From positions 1-62,304 of the forward strand of contig JAQCGT010000001.1 in the NCBI GenBank assembly GCA_027730505.1: DNA of 62,304 nucleotides, written 5' to 3'. Positions within the stretch are counted from its first letter, which is position 1. Every line of letters begins with the position of its first letter. The notes under the pieces were generated by a model. It saw only the letters and a program-made list of their open reading frames with translations. It did not search any database and had not been told where the DNA came from. A program made the position numbers and the translations under genes. This DNA comes from Actinomycetota bacterium (GTDB taxonomy: Bacteria > Actinomycetota > Acidimicrobiia > Acidimicrobiales > Ilumatobacteraceae). Of this stretch, positions 62,253 through 62,304 are shown one piece after another.

Positions 62253-62304
62253 ACCGGTACGGTCTCTCCCATGCCGATCGACGGGGAATACATTCCGAGC
62301 ACCA

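Noticed and set aside
62271-62304. A possible start of a further gene (ATG 62271, MPIDGEYIPST…) at the window edge.
   Set aside because: Only 11 codons are visible, so no family or coding signal can be supported.

Overview
This is a 62.3-kb, high-GC chromosomal segment that looks like Actinomycetota: it carries F420-type luciferase-like oxidoreductases, a PAC2 protein, mycothiol-type enzymes and an hrcA-dnaJ operon. It holds about 60 densely packed genes, many with 1-4 nt start/stop overlaps.

**Layout**
- 1-25144 is mostly housekeeping and core metabolism. It includes an OmpR/HK two-component pair and the block comEA-comEC-holA / rpsT / lepA / MFS / photolyase / hrcA-dnaJ-rsmE-hemW.
- tRNA-Val(GAC) at 25192-25265 ends that block.
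- A compositionally atypical accessory stretch (about 25.3-35.2 kb) follows.
  - It begins with a 2.4-kb integrase-less islet bounded by a degenerate copy of the tRNA 3' half at 27651-27699. The islet carries an operon of tiny alpha+beta proteins.
  - Next come a divergent Thr-rich secreted protein, a 1516-aa secreted protein built from about 10 diverged tandem modules, a 3xFN3 secreted protein and an RDD membrane protein.
- The remainder holds a branched-chain amino-acid ABC transporter (livHMGF plus a convergent binding protein), a secreted three-repeat protein and a quinone oxidoreductase / Baeyer-Villiger monooxygenase / methyltransferase / aldo-keto reductase group.
- It also holds peptidases (S9, M14), a YfhO-like membrane protein, a mycothiol-type enzyme pair, an LPSTG-anchored choice-of-anchor-I-like protein, an aminotransferase and a 2-hydroxyacid dehydrogenase.
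- I found no rRNA, CRISPR array, transposase or integrase.

**Most interesting observations**
1. An apbE plus minimal bis-haem ferric-reductase-type operon shares its transcript with two low-complexity exported proteins. One of these ends in a 54-residue Asp/His tail, and no flavinylation substrate is recognisable.
2. The tRNA-Val att-like duplication and its cargo.
3. The giant modular secreted protein and its operon.
4. An uncharacterised ~120-aa module occurs once at the C-terminus of the FN3 protein and three times in a distant gene. The FN3 copy shows an abrupt codon-usage switch inside the ORF, which suggests a recently acquired cassette.

All functional calls rest on motif recognition by eye. 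No database search was possible.
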